64,000 bases of DNA from Moniliella sp. 'wahieum' (Eukaryota), in the NCBI GenBank assembly GCA_003971905.1, contig RSEE01000010.1:372001-436000 (forward strand), given 5' to 3'. Made by a program: the position numbers and the translations under genes. The stretch's first letter is position 1, and each line of letters opens with the position of its first letter. This document shows, in pieces, positions 63,409 to 64,000 of the stretch. The notes beneath the pieces are model-generated. The model made no database searches. It was not told the DNA's origin and worked only from the letters and a program-made list of their open reading frames with translations.

Positions 63409-64000
63409 ATGGACTCCGTAAACGATCTCTCCAAAACGCCCGACTCGATGCGCCTGATGCCCCGCCCGGGTACAGGCGCCAATCGTTCCGCCAGCACTAC
63501 TACTGGGTGGGGAGCCTCTGACTCAGTCTTTAACCTTGATCCCAACTCCAGCAAACAGGCGCTCACGGGTAATCCCACGTCCTTGGATGGGGTGCTCCAC
63601 CATCCTTATTCCCTCCCTGGCGGGCCCAGGGAAAAGCCTCAATCTTGGCTGGCAGCTCACAAAAAACTGCTGTTAACACTGGTCGGGGTGCTGGTCGCCC
63701 TCGCTGTAGCCCTTCCCGTTGGTCTTGGTGTCGGTCTGAGCAAAAAGAATACTCATGGAAGCGGAAATACCTCCAAGCCCAACAGCCCAGCACTCGACAG
63801 TAGCGGCAACGACCCCAGCAAAATTACCCCCCTGCCGTTTTGGGACTGGGCTGACAACAATCGAAAAGTCATGGGTGTATCTCTTGGGGGTGGCTGATTC
63901 TTGAACGTTGGATCGATGAGGATTGGTTCACCCAATATGCTCCTAATGATTGGGACGAGTGGCACTTTACCCAAACTATCGGCTCCAATGCGTCTCAAGT
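63409..64000 (+). CDS. Membrane-anchored GH5 exo-beta-1,3-glucanase-like protein, 5' part, truncated by the window edge
   Basis: TM helix LLLTLVGVLVALAVALPVGLGVGL; KVMGVSLGG then (frameshift in a G run) WLILERW and DEWHFTQ, matching the GH5 GVNLGGWL.LE.W motif. Confidence 0.8.

Overview
GC-rich eukaryotic DNA from a basidiomycete fungus, probably Ustilaginomycotina or a smut relative (inferred from gene content and short GT..AG introns). It holds about 20 mostly housekeeping genes: PhoD phosphatase, UPRT, GTPBP1, mitochondrial PheRS, PAM16, SDO1/SBDS, an SMN-like protein, ATL, DAHP synthase, a pepsin-like membrane protein, a copper radical oxidase, NFX1/FAP1, PrxQ, thiolase, pantothenate kinase, a pseudouridine synthase, an mpaB-like oxygenase, PDH E2 and a GH5 glucanase. 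Most genes carry 1-bp frameshifts typical of an unpolished long-read assembly, so coordinates are approximate. Highlights: (1) a 2.6-kb Ty3/gypsy-derived element (11727-14363) with diverged LTRs, a Tf1-like self-priming PBS, an intact ORF with a tandemly duplicated Gag-capsid-like domain, and only an integrase stub, making it a candidate domesticated or restriction-factor Gag; (2) an apparent fusion of a RIB2/PUS9-type pseudouridine synthase with a THUMP-domain m2G-type methyltransferase; (3) a pepsin-like membrane protein lacking its second catalytic Asp; (4) an SMN homolog with a long N-terminal extension; (5) recurrent intergenic tandem heptamers built from 6-bp palindromes plus one base. 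Regions at about 21-22, 27-33 and 36-37.3 kb contain decayed repeat relics.
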